64,000 nucleotides of DNA, taken from the NCBI GenBank assembly GCA_018001635.1, contig JAGNHS010000006.1:2905-66904 (forward strand). The letters run 5' to 3'. The position numbers were made by a program, and so were the translations under genes. This document shows, one piece after another, positions 26,707 through 35,992 of this stretch. This stretch comes from Pseudomonadota bacterium (GTDB taxonomy: Bacteria > Bdellovibrionota > UBA2428). Within the stretch, counting starts at the first letter, position 1. Every line of letters begins with the position of its first letter. The notes beneath the pieces were generated by a model. The model searched no databases. It was not told where the DNA came from and saw nothing but the letters and a program-made list of their open reading frames with translations.

Positions 26707-28620
26707 ATGGGGGGGGAACTAGGGATGGCACACGGACACGTGAGTATTGTCTTGGGGGTTCAATCGGGCTTAGGTCCGATTGTTCACATCTTCGAGAGTG
26801 TCAAAAAAGGGATAGGTCTTAATCAGAACCTAAACTTTGCGACAAAAAACCGAAGCAGTGATTTTGACATCCACAACATTTTGGCACAGTTGCTCCAGAT
26901 GGATCAATTGTTGCGTCGTGAAGAAGTCGACGTCAGTTGGTCGCTTTTGGGATCTAATCCAAGAGTGGAACTACCGTTGCTTTTTTCATGTTTAGGAATC
27001 AGTCAGGAGACTGGGAACATCATGGGGCTTGAAAGTATTCAAGACACGCCCACCGATGCTCTCGTCTACGTGCCTGTGGACGTGCTTCAGTCACGTCAAA
27101 TCGAGCAACTGGCTCGTTTGACCATGATTTGTCCGCGCACACGACACGTGACCTTTGCAGCGACTCCACGATGGAATCACATGCAATTGATGGCTCTTAA
27201 AGAAACTTGGGAGTGGGTCGATCCTAAAGCGACTCAAGCCGTAACAAAGTTTGCTGAAGATATTATTCGAGCTAATGGTGGCATCACTCAGAAAGATCTC
27301 GATAAAGTGCAAACATTAATGTCGAATGGTGCTTCAGGCTCGTCTTCTGCTTCGTCTAAAGAAAAGTCTGTAGAACCTAATATCATTATGCACTCACCTA
27401 AAATGAAAGAGCTCATTCATTTGGTAGACGCTGTTGCTGATTCCGATAGCACCATTTTAGTTTATGGTGAATCGGGAACAGGTAAGGAGCTTGTTGCTGA
27501 AAGAATTCATGCACGCTCTAATCGCAATGGACATCCACTTGTGGCTGTGAATTGCGGCGCGATTCCTTCGGAACTACTTGAAAGTGAATTGTTCGGTCAT
27601 GTTAAAGGCGCATTTACTGGCGCTATTTCGAATCGTGAAGGACGTTTTCAAGTGGCAGAAGGTGGAACTCTTTTTCTCGATGAAATCGGGGAAATGGGCA
27701 CTTCTCTTCAGGTAAAACTTTTACGCGTACTTCAAACTCGTAAATTCGAACCTGTAGGTTCGACTCAAGCTATCAATGCGAATGTGAGAATCATCGCAGC
27801 GACAAATCGTGATCTCGAAGAGATGGTTCGTCAGGGCCAATTTCGCGAAGATCTTTTTTATCGCCTCAATGTGATTCCAGTTCACATTCCATCACTCCGA
27901 GAAAAGAAAGAAGATATTCCTTATCTCGTAGAGTATTTCGTGCGGAAGTTTAATTCCGAAAAGAAAAGACGGGTAACCGGCGTAACACGCGCCGCTCTTA
28001 GGGCTATGGTCGCCTACGACTGGCCAGGCAACATACGCGAATTAGAAAATCTAATTGAACGTATGGTGATCTTAAAGAGCTCAGGCATGATAGACGCGCT
28101 GGATTTTCCGGAAAAATATCGAAGGCAGACTTTGTCTGAGATCGAATACGAGGATCTGATGAATCCTCAAAGAAAAGAACAAGCGTTGCATCAAGTTCAA
28201 ACTAAAGCCACAGGGGGGGATATGGCTATGGACGATAATAACACGACCTTTAATTACAATTCTTCGTTGTTCCAAAAGAAGAACATCGAGCAAAGTGCTT
28301 CAAACATTGAAGGCACAGCTTCGATTTCTGCAAACAACGCAAGCACCATTGGTGGAGAAGACATGGTTCGCATCGAAGATGCCATTCGTATGCTTTCTGA
28401 CCGCCTTCATTTTCCTGTTGAAGGTTTAGATTTTAATTCTGTGGTCGATCAATTTGAAAATATTTTGATCCTTCACGCTCTTGAACGTACTGGTTGGAAC
28501 CGTAATCGCGCTGCAGGTCTTTTGCGTTTGAACCGTACAACATTGGTAGAAAAGCTTAAAAAGAAGCAATTGATTCCTCCAATGCATGCACAAGAGGGAA
28601 TGACTAGCGGAAACGCTTAG
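26707..28620 (+). CDS. Sigma-54-dependent transcriptional activator (bacterial enhancer-binding protein) with unassigned N-terminal domain
   Basis: AAA+ core has Walker A (GESGTGKELVAERIH), GAFTGA, Walker B (LFLDEIGEM) and RIIAATNRDL. The C-terminal Fis-type HTH is ILHALERTGWNRNRAAGLLRLNRTTL. The N-terminal 230 aa or so match no sensor domain I recognise. An alternative start is ATG 26725. Confidence 0.9.
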   Translation: MGGELGMAHGHVSIVLGVQSGLGPIVHIFESVKKGIGLNQNLNFATKNRSSDFDIHNILAQLLQMDQLLRREEVDVSWSLLGSNPRVELPLLFSCLGISQETGNIMGLESIQDTPTDALVYVPVDVLQSRQIEQLARLTMICPRTRHVTFAATPRWNHMQLMALKETWEWVDPKATQAVTKFAEDIIRANGGITQKDLDKVQTLMSNGASGSSSASSKEKSVEPNIIMHSPKMKELIHLVDAVADSDSTILVYGESGTGKELVAERIHARSNRNGHPLVAVNCGAIPSELLESELFGHVKGAFTGAISNREGRFQVAEGGTLFLDEIGEMGTSLQVKLLRVLQTRKFEPVGSTQAINANVRIIAATNRDLEEMVRQGQFREDLFYRLNVIPVHIPSLREKKEDIPYLVEYFVRKFNSEKKRRVTGVTRAALRAMVAYDWPGNIRELENLIERMVILKSSGMIDALDFPEKYRRQTLSEIEYEDLMNPQRKEQALHQVQTKATGGDMAMDDNNTTFNYNSSLFQKKNIEQSASNIEGTASISANNASTIGGEDMVRIEDAIRMLSDRLHFPVEGLDFNSVVDQFENILILHALERTGWNRNRAAGLLRLNRTTLVEKLKKKQLIPPMHAQEGMTSGNA

Positions 28621-28663
28621 TCCTTAGGGCTGCAGGCCCTAATAAATTTTGGTTCCTATGGAA

Positions 28664-28706
28664 AAGGGTTTCCAAGCAAGTTGCGCTTGGAAACCCTTAG
28701 TTTTTT
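28664..28706 (+). terminator. Rho-independent terminator downstream of the sigma-54 activator gene
   Basis: 14-bp stem AAGGGTTTCCAAGC / GCTTGGAAACCCTT with a 7-nt loop, followed by AGTTTTTT. It is preceded by a smaller hairpin, TTAGGGC-TGCAG-GCCCTAA (28624-28642). It sits between convergent genes. Confidence 0.65.
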
Positions 28707-29817
28707 ATGAGTCAATGTCGGCCGGGATTAATTCAGAGTCGCAGTGTAGAAGGCTTGGTGCGCTGAGGCGATGCCCGATTTCATTGGGCTTGAGTTTGAC
28801 CTGAAAAAGCAAAAAGTAATTAGGAAAAGGAATTTTTGTAAATTCCATAGTGGCTAAATACGAATCTGTGAGTTGAAAGATGTCGGCTATTTCGACTTTC
28901 ATTCTTTGAAAGAGTTCATGAAGAAAATAAATTCGGTCTCTGAGTGAACGATTGCGAAGTTCATTCTGCCAAATTCGGGATCGGGTTTGTTTAAAGAAAT
29001 TGTCTGAGTCTGTTAAAATCAAAAATCGATTTGGGTTTCTAAAAGAATCTTCAAGGTCGACAAGACCATTTCTTTGCCCGCGATTAATGTCAAGAGTCTT
29101 AATGTTAAGCAGTGCTTGTCCATGTTCGGCGAAAGAAGCCGCATAGAGTTCGGCAAATAATTTACGGAATAATTGCATCACGTGATTGGCTAAATCGTAA
29201 CTATTCATGAGTTCATTGTTTTGTAAGAAGCCGTCTAAAGTTTTTAAATGACGTGATCTTTCTTCTTTGGCAATCGTTAGGTTGGCAATAAGATCGTCAT
29301 TGTCCTCGGGTTTGCCGGGAGCATTTGAAAACAATTTAAAATTTTTATTGTATTCATGTTCTGCCAATCTTAAATTTTGTTGGGCTTTAACAATTTTGTA
29401 GTAACTTTGATAGGTCCTGGAAACTTCAAAGCCATTATTGAGGATTTCAGAATCAAAGAGCGCTTGTCCCAGTGCAGTTAGGTTGAGAATCATTTCTGGG
29501 CTTAAAGCCTTTTCGGCGTTAGGAATTCTGATTTTTTTATCTAGGGTGACCGTTAATTCACCAGGCCTCGACTGAACTGATCTGGGATTGTTCTCAACCT
29601 TTAAATAAAGATTGTTTTTAAGCTTAAAAGGTTCTGAGAGAAATAAAATATGTTCCAGCTGCCGTTGTATTAGGTGGGCTTTAGTTTTGTTGACTTCGTG
29701 AGAGGGGAAGAGAGTGTCGATAAAGGGCCTCGGGTGAGCGCTTATGGCCCTTGGGGCTAAGCAAAAAAGTATTAAGGCGCCTATGTAGCGCAATAAGGGG
29801 GGCTTCCTTAAAGTCAC
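28705..29817 (-). CDS. Exported hypothetical protein (370 aa)
   Basis: Signal peptide (IGALILFCLAPRAISA|HP). Helical, Asn/Leu-rich. No family recognised. Confidence 0.55.
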   Translation of the reverse strand: MTLRKPPLLRYIGALILFCLAPRAISAHPRPFIDTLFPSHEVNKTKAHLIQRQLEHILFLSEPFKLKNNLYLKVENNPRSVQSRPGELTVTLDKKIRIPNAEKALSPEMILNLTALGQALFDSEILNNGFEVSRTYQSYYKIVKAQQNLRLAEHEYNKNFKLFSNAPGKPEDNDDLIANLTIAKEERSRHLKTLDGFLQNNELMNSYDLANHVMQLFRKLFAELYAASFAEHGQALLNIKTLDINRGQRNGLVDLEDSFRNPNRFLILTDSDNFFKQTRSRIWQNELRNRSLRDRIYFLHELFQRMKVEIADIFQLTDSYLATMEFTKIPFPNYFLLFQVKLKPNEIGHRLSAPSLLHCDSELIPADIDS

Positions 29818-29879
29818 TTGGGATCTTTAGCATCCGAGCTCTAGTCTCATCCCCTTAATAAGCCTTAATTATTAAAAGC

Positions 29880-30779
29880 TTATAGTAGTGATATATCGCA
29901 GGCTTCAGTTGGGTTGATGGCTAAATTAATCTCAGATTCTTCATCGGGGCTGATGGGGCGAGTTTTCATGTCTTTTAATAAGAAAAAATTATGATGAACT
30001 AACTCGTTACGTTTGAGGCCTGAATATCTTATGGCGATGTTGACGTTGGGCCAGCGATTCTTTTGAATTTCCGCCATGAGACCTTGAGAGACGTGACTGA
30101 TATAGGCGTAGCTATCGTCGGAGAATTCAAAATAATGCAAATCATTCCATTTTATTGCTTTGCTTTGTGCTTTAAGGGGTTTGGAATTTAAATTGTCGAG
30201 TAAGTCCATGAGAACCCATAGTTTTGCATCTGGAGCCATAAGCTTTGCCGTGGGCCCATATTGATAGGCAATGGTGTGAATGTTTTCTAATTTTGGAAGA
30301 TCCGTAATGATATTTTTATCTAATAGATACTTTAAACCTTCTAGAAATTGTTCAGGCGAATGACCTCTGGAGGTGACGATGTTTAAGGTCTCTAAGACTT
30401 TGGGGTTTTTTAATGCACTATAGAATCTTCGAAATGCAGGGCCCCTAAAGCTTTCATCATCGATATTAGTTTTGAGTAGAGCTTCTAAAAAATAATTTTT
30501 ATCGAGTGCATCCGTGAATCTATAAGATCCGGCAAAAGGATTGTCGGGATCCCTTCTTATTTCGTAGCCAGGATAGGCATCAGAAATTCTATCGCGGTGA
30601 AGGGCCAATTCAGCTGAGCTGATAATTAACTCTTCAGTATGAGAGTTAGAAATAGGAAAAAGAACAACTGGAGCCTCTAAGTGGGCAATGTGCAAATCCC
30701 AATCCATGGCGAGCACAATAAGATTGTCGCTTTGAGCATGGCTATTGCTAAGACTTAGTAAACTCATAAAGAAAGTCAT
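29880..30779 (-). CDS. Exported hypothetical protein (about 300 aa)
   Basis: The internal ATG at 30779 gives MTFFMSLLSLSNSHA|QS. The track start at 30854 would overlap the divergent gene. It contains VLAMDWDLHI and NIVTSRGHS, faintly reminiscent of HAD motifs I and II. Not assigned. Confidence 0.5.
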   Translation of the reverse strand: MTFFMSLLSLSNSHAQSDNLIVLAMDWDLHIAHLEAPVVLFPISNSHTEELIISSAELALHRDRISDAYPGYEIRRDPDNPFAGSYRFTDALDKNYFLEALLKTNIDDESFRGPAFRRFYSALKNPKVLETLNIVTSRGHSPEQFLEGLKYLLDKNIITDLPKLENIHTIAYQYGPTAKLMAPDAKLWVLMDLLDNLNSKPLKAQSKAIKWNDLHYFEFSDDSYAYISHVSQGLMAEIQKNRWPNVNIAIRYSGLKRNELVHHNFFLLKDMKTRPISPDEESEINLAINPTEACDISLL

Positions 30780-30843
30780 TAAGCTTTTGCACACGAGATT
30801 TCTCGTGTATATAGATAAAACTCTTTTCACAAGGAATATTTGT

Positions 30844-31854
30844 ATGAACTTCAAAAAGATTGTTATTATTCTCTCCGTTACTCTAAATTTTCAATCTAAT
30901 GCCGCGCTCCCGATGCCCGATCCTAGTGCTCCTGAGTTTTGTTCTTTCTATTTAGAAGCAGAAACAAGAGAGTTAACAGAAGATGATGCCCCTTTGATTC
31001 AAAGTTTAAAGGCTCAAGTCGAGAGTGTTTGGACAAGATTTAAAGAGCTTCATAAGGGCCCAGTGACTTTTAGTGGTCTTGATCCTGTTTTTAGAGATGA
31101 AGTTAATCAACTCAGTATAAAGTTAATTGAATTAGAGAGCGTCTTTGGTTTTGATAAGGTTGTTGAATTAGGTTTGCATGGAGCCACTCTTGCCCAAATT
31201 TCGAACTATGCGGGATTTCTTCCTACAAAAGACGATCTTATTCAGCTCCAGAGAGATTTTTTTTCAGGTGCGGAAAAGGCCCTCAATCCAAGTTTAAGTG
31301 CAGACAAGGCTTATGATTTGCTGGCTGAGGGGCTTTGGCAAATGGGAGCTCAATTGCAGCAACTTCCTACTCTATATAATGAAGTGTTTCCGGAAAATTC
31401 TTTTGAAAGAGATTATGAATATGAACAAAAAATTATGGGACAACTCATTGCTAAAATGCGATTGAGTGCGATTAAAGAAAATCAGTTAACCAGCATATTT
31501 AATAAAATTTGGAGCGCAGAAACTACAGCTTCTCCTTCTGATTGGACAGAAGAAAATCCTTCTTGGGGTCAGTGTGCAGTGACGGCTTTAGTGGTTCAAG
31601 ACATTTTAGGTGGTGAGATTGTTTGGGCTGAGGCAGAATTAGCCGATGGTCGTAAAATTTCTCATTATAAAAATCTCGTGGATGGACGAGAAATTGATTT
31701 TACGAATCAACAATTCCCGCCTGATACGACAATCCCTGCAGGTGTTCCAAAAACTAAAACTTACTCTAGCACTCGTGACTATGTTCTATCTTACGAGCCC
31801 ACACGAAAGCGTTATGACCTTTTAAAATCACGCCTTATGGAAACATTAAATTAG
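30844..31854 (+). CDS. Exported hypothetical protein
   Basis: ATG 30844 (AAGGA lies 9 nt upstream) gives signal peptide MNFKKIVIILSVTLNFQSNA|A. The C-terminal block is NPSWGQCAVTALVVQDILGGEIVWAE...FTNQQF. The track start at 30745 is rejected. Confidence 0.55.
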   Translation: MNFKKIVIILSVTLNFQSNAALPMPDPSAPEFCSFYLEAETRELTEDDAPLIQSLKAQVESVWTRFKELHKGPVTFSGLDPVFRDEVNQLSIKLIELESVFGFDKVVELGLHGATLAQISNYAGFLPTKDDLIQLQRDFFSGAEKALNPSLSADKAYDLLAEGLWQMGAQLQQLPTLYNEVFPENSFERDYEYEQKIMGQLIAKMRLSAIKENQLTSIFNKIWSAETTASPSDWTEENPSWGQCAVTALVVQDILGGEIVWAEAELADGRKISHYKNLVDGREIDFTNQQFPPDTTIPAGVPKTKTYSSTRDYVLSYEPTRKRYDLLKSRLMETLN

Positions 31855-31860
31855 GTGAAA

Positions 31861-31997
31861 TAGTTGCAAAGGGCCTGAAATAAATAAATTCTTAGCAACA
31901 ATCCGCAGATCCATACCGTTTTAAGCATTTGTTAAAAGTGTATTCTTGGATCGAGGACGTTGCTAAGAATTTGCTTCTTTCAGGCCCCTTGCAACAA
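31861..31997. repeat. Long intergenic imperfect palindrome (about 137 bp) filling a convergent-gene spacer
   Basis: Left arm is TAGTTGCAAAGGGCCTGAAA...AAATTCTTAGCAAC...GATCCA. Right arm is TGGATC...GTTGCTAAGAATTT...TTTCAGGCCCCTTGCAACAA. Blocks of 19/20 and 14/14 pair. Confidence 0.65.
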
Positions 31998-32002
31998 TTC
32001 GC

Positions 32003-33211
32003 TTAAAATGCTCTCCACTGGCTGGCCGAGACTTCCATCACGTAAGACAACGCCAATTTGGCAAACATCGCTGAGTGCTCAAAATTGATTTCCGCAGTGA
32101 TAGTGTCTTGTGGCGTGTGAATGTTGGGATTGTATTCATCCATATGCGATTCAAATGGAATTACAGTAGGAAATCCATTGCGATACCAAGAAGCATGGTC
32201 GCTGCATCCATAACCACATTCACTATGAATAACTTCGCCACCTACATAGAGAGTGTTCAAATCTTCGATGAGCTTGCGAAGAGTGGGCGTTGTGAAATCG
32301 GTCATGTTTGAAAACTTAAATAGGCCACTCCCTGGAAATGAAGTCATATCTAATTGCATAACGGCCACAACATTTTTTCCTTCATTTTTGTAAGACTCAG
32401 CAATTTCCGCAGAACCCAAGAGACCAGACTCTTCTCCAGCATAGAAGAATAAATGGATACTTCTTTCGGGCGTGAATCCTGTTTCAGAGATGACATTAAG
32501 CACTTCAACAATGTCGGCTGAACCAGAAGCATTGTCGTCAGCGCCTGGTGCGTTGCCTCTAAAGCTGATGGAATCGGCGTGGCCTCCAAGGACGACAATT
32601 TCGTTAGGTCGACTGCGACCTGGAATGATCACACGGAGGCTTTTTTGCCCGGTACTATCATGCTCGATAAAGTCTTGAGTCCAGTTTGGGTGCGACACTA
32701 AGACACTATCTTGAAGTCTTTTGGCCAGAGCTTGCATAGGTAAATTTGAATCACGGCTTTTATTGTTTCTATTGGGAAAGCTGCTAAACCAAGAAACAAA
32801 ATCCTTAATACGTTCTTTTTGAACAAGCTTAAGAGCCTCTCGAATTTCTCTTCTTTCAGCGAGATTCTCAGAAATGCCAGGACCGGCTAATTTAATGTCT
32901 TTTTGTAAGAGTAAATCGCGTTTTTGAAAACTTTTAATTTTAGAAAAAATTCCGGCAATTCTATTTTGATTAAAAGTTTCTTTTTGAGAAAGCACTTCAT
33001 AGCCGCCGCAGCGTCCGCGAGCATGGGCTAATTGATGTAACCTCATTTCTTGTAATGGGTTTAAAACGGCATAAGCCACTTTTGCAGAGAGATCTTCGTT
33101 TAGCGCGGCGACTCCCATTTCTTTAAGTAACCAGGGATCGGTTAGAACCGCTGTTTGTGAAAACGCAGAGAAGCTTAATAGAAGTGTTAAACTGGCGAAG
33201 ATGTTTTTCAT
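32003..33211 (-). CDS. Exported M28 family aminopeptidase (bacterial leucyl aminopeptidase-like)
   Basis: Signal peptide and zinc ligand blocks (VVLGGHADSI; APGADDNASGSA; FFYAGEESGLLGS; CGYGCSDHASW). Confidence 0.85.
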   Translation of the reverse strand: MKNIFASLTLLLSFSAFSQTAVLTDPWLLKEMGVAALNEDLSAKVAYAVLNPLQEMRLHQLAHARGRCGGYEVLSQKETFNQNRIAGIFSKIKSFQKRDLLLQKDIKLAGPGISENLAERREIREALKLVQKERIKDFVSWFSSFPNRNNKSRDSNLPMQALAKRLQDSVLVSHPNWTQDFIEHDSTGQKSLRVIIPGRSRPNEIVVLGGHADSISFRGNAPGADDNASGSADIVEVLNVISETGFTPERSIHLFFYAGEESGLLGSAEIAESYKNEGKNVVAVMQLDMTSFPGSGLFKFSNMTDFTTPTLRKLIEDLNTLYVGGEVIHSECGYGCSDHASWYRNGFPTVIPFESHMDEYNPNIHTPQDTITAEINFEHSAMFAKLALSYVMEVSASQWRAF

Positions 33212-33314
33212 ATTAGGTGAGTTTAACGTGGAACATTCGTATTAAATAGCTTGTTAAAAAATCTAAGAGCTTTTAAGGCAGATCATTACGAGAAAGTGTC
33301 AATGCGTTGACGTT

Positions 33315-34394
33315 TTAAGGATGAAGTGAGTTGATAAATCCTTCTGGAATGCCCGTCACTTCTAAAGCCAAAGCTTTTGGACAAGCGGCGAATTCTCCTT
33401 GGCTTAAATTTTTGATCTTTTCGCTATCTGGATTTCCAAAAACTACCGTGAATCGCCAGATGCTTTCTTCGGGTTTTGAAAAGTTTTGAGAAACTAATTC
33501 TGCAAGCACCTTTTGACCTCTGAAGAGTCGGCAATGAGTTTCTTTGATTTTTGGAGCAATTTTAAGCAGCTTTCTTTGCTCTTCGTTTAAATTTCTAATT
33601 CGAATGTTTATGAAGTTAGCGAAGATTGTATAAGTTGTTCCACTTTCAAGGCTAAAGTTAGTAGTGTTAAAGGGGTATTGATCGTTGAAAAGTTCAGAAA
33701 ACAAACGGTTGATGAAATATTCGTGGCCGTAAATTCCATTGTCTTCAATTATGGAATATTCAGGATAAAATTTTTCCCAAACTTCTAATAAAAATTTTTG
33801 ATCGCTAAAAATATAATCATCAAATCTTTCATGAAGTTCGTGAGTCAGCGCGTAGGCTGCTTGCATCACTAATGAATACTTTGTTGGGCCTAGGTGGCCC
33901 TGCCAGTCCCAATAAGTTGAGAGCATACTCATAAAAACTTCTTGAACAAGTTCTTTGGGAAGTTTTGAGTCATTGGTGAGGACTTCGAGCCAGTAAATCA
34001 TAGCCACTAGAAAGTGTTGCTGGTCTAAAAGTTGAGTTCCAAAGACTTTTTGAGCATAGTTTTTAGCGCCGTCGCTAATAGTGTTTGTGCCGCGATCACG
34101 CATGAAAAGGCGTGAGAATTTTAGTTCGCGATTAAATATTTCAAGAGCATTTCGTATGAAGATTTGGCGGTCTTCAATGTTGAATGCTTTAATTTTTGTT
34201 TCGTAGATAGTGTCTAAACCCTTGCTTAAAAAACTAAAATCATCCATTTGAGCTTGGCTTAGTGGACCGCCTGATAAATTCATTTCACATTTATCAAAGG
34301 GGCCAAAATCGAAACGGCTTGAGCTATTGGTGTCCTGATTGTCTGCCCAAGTTACTAAACAGCTTAAGGTTAAGATTAGACTTAGAGCACGCAT
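33315..34394 (-). CDS. Exported hypothetical protein (359 aa)
   Basis: Signal peptide MRALSLILTLSCLVTWA|DN. Helical. No family recognised. Confidence 0.5.
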   Translation of the reverse strand: MRALSLILTLSCLVTWADNQDTNSSSRFDFGPFDKCEMNLSGGPLSQAQMDDFSFLSKGLDTIYETKIKAFNIEDRQIFIRNALEIFNRELKFSRLFMRDRGTNTISDGAKNYAQKVFGTQLLDQQHFLVAMIYWLEVLTNDSKLPKELVQEVFMSMLSTYWDWQGHLGPTKYSLVMQAAYALTHELHERFDDYIFSDQKFLLEVWEKFYPEYSIIEDNGIYGHEYFINRLFSELFNDQYPFNTTNFSLESGTTYTIFANFINIRIRNLNEEQRKLLKIAPKIKETHCRLFRGQKVLAELVSQNFSKPEESIWRFTVVFGNPDSEKIKNLSQGEFAACPKALALEVTGIPEGFINSLHP

Positions 34395-34465
34395 CGCGCG
34401 GGACTTTAAAGGTTTTTTGGAGGCTAACGCAAATGCTATTTACTTAAAAAGCCTTACGAAAGAGT

Positions 34466-34494
34466 TTGACTGAAAGGGGTTAAAACGACTAAAT
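34466..34494 (+). promoter_or_regulatory. Candidate promoter abutting the guaB start codon
   Basis: TTGACT (34466-34471), a 17-nt spacer, then CTAAAT (34489-34494), with only 7 nt before the ATG at 34502. No Shine-Dalgarno is visible. Motif match only, and the -10 is weak. Confidence 0.3.
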
Positions 34495-34501
34495 CCTGAA
34501 T

Positions 34502-35992
34502 ATGGCGCTGGAAATTTCACCAACAAATTTCAGTCATTGTTTCGCATTCGACGACGTCTTGCTCAAACCCGGATATAGTGAATTAGTTCCTTCTGAGGTT
34601 AAAGTAGATTCTCGTTTGGGTTTAATCCCACTCAAAGTTCCTGTTTTATCGGCTGCGATGGACACTGTGACTGAGGCTCAAATGGCTATTGCTATGGCCT
34701 TGCTCGGCGGTGTGGGTGTGCTCCACAAAAACAACAGCATCGAAGAGCAAGCTTCTGATGTGAGTCGTGTTAAAAAATTCCAACATGCGGTGATCACCGA
34801 TCCTATTACTGTAAAAGCTGATTTCACTTTAGCTCAGGTCAAAGAACTTATTCGTGAAACGGGTATTACTGGATTTCCTGTCATCGATAATAGCGGGAAG
34901 TTAGTGGGCATGTGTACGGGGCGCGACATTCGTTATGCTGAAGATTCTCAGATTCGTGTTCAGGATGTGATGAGTTCTCCTGTTAAGAGTCTTCCCGAGG
35001 GAAGCGATCATAAGCAGGCCGTAGAATTTTTCCGAAAATACAAAGTTGAAAAGCTTCCTCTTGTTAATAAAGAGGGGCATTTAAAAGGTCTCATCACCTC
35101 TAAGGATTGGCGTCAGCAATCAGATCACCCTTTAGCTCTCAAAGATGATAGCGGAAGTTTGATTGTGGCCGCAGCCTTGGGTGTTGGAAATAAAGACGGA
35201 ATAGATCGAGCCATGGCATTGGTTAAAGCTAAGGTCGATTGTTTGGTTTTAGATTCGGCTCATGGTCACTCCAAAGGAATCATTGAAACTCTAAAAGATC
35301 TTCGTAAAAAATTTCCTGATGTCACTCTGATTGGTGGAAATGTGGCCACAGTTGAAGGCGCTCAAGCGCTTATTGATGCCGGTGCCAATGTCGTTAAGAT
35401 TGGTGTGGGGCCAGGTTCTATTTGTACGACTCGTATAGTGAGCGGTGCCGGAGTTCCTCAGCTCACTGCCATATACGAAATTTGCCAAAACTTAAGAGCT
35501 AAGCACCCCAATGTGAGCTTTATTGCTGATGGTGGAATTCGTTATTCGGGTGATATTACTAAAGCCCTTGCGGCTGGTGCGCACGCTGTGATGTTGGGTT
35601 CGCTTTTAGCGGGGACTGAAGAGAGTCCCGGTGAAACCATAATTTACATGGGTCGTTCTTATAAATTTTATCGTGGCATGGGTTCACTTTCAGCCATGAA
35701 AAAAGGTTCTAAAGATCGTTATCGTCAAGCCAGCGTAGAATCATCTAAATTAGTACCAGAGGGCGTGGAAGCTCGAGTGCCTTACCGAGGTAAGGTTCAA
35801 GATGTGATTTATCAACTCGTGGGTGGTCTACGTTCTGGAATGGGTTATGTGGGCGCAAAAGATTTAGAAGACTTAGTTAAGAAAGCTCAGTTTGTAAGAA
35901 TTTCTCAAGGTGCACTTAAAGAGAGCCATGTTCACGATGTTTCAATTGTGGCGGAGTCTCCTAATTACAGTGGAAGGCCCAAGGAAGAATGA
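34502..35992 (+). CDS. guaB: IMP dehydrogenase
   Basis: Full-length IMPDH with a CBS pair. Catalytic loop is [11 protein letters not shown]. Also has [17 protein letters not shown] and YRGMGS. Confidence 0.95.
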   Translation: MALEISPTNFSHCFAFDDVLLKPGYSELVPSEVKVDSRLGLIPLKVPVLSAAMDTVTEAQMAIAMALLGGVGVLHKNNSIEEQASDVSRVKKFQHAVITDPITVKADFTLAQVKELIRETGITGFPVIDNSGKLVGMCTGRDIRYAEDSQIRVQDVMSSPVKSLPEGSDHKQAVEFFRKYKVEKLPLVNKEGHLKGLITSKDWRQQSDHPLALKDDSGSLIVAAALGVGNKDGIDRAMALVKAKVDCLVLDSAHGHSKGIIETLKDLRKKFPDVTLIGGNVATVEGAQALIDAGANVVKIGVGPGSICTTRIVSGAGVPQLTAIYEICQNLRAKHPNVSFIADGGIRYSGDITKALAAGAHAVMLGSLLAGTEESPGETIIYMGRSYKFYRGMGSLSAMKKGSKDRYRQASVESSKLVPEGVEARVPYRGKVQDVIYQLVGGLRSGMGYVGAKDLEDLVKKAQFVRISQGALKESHVHDVSIVAESPNYSGRPKEE

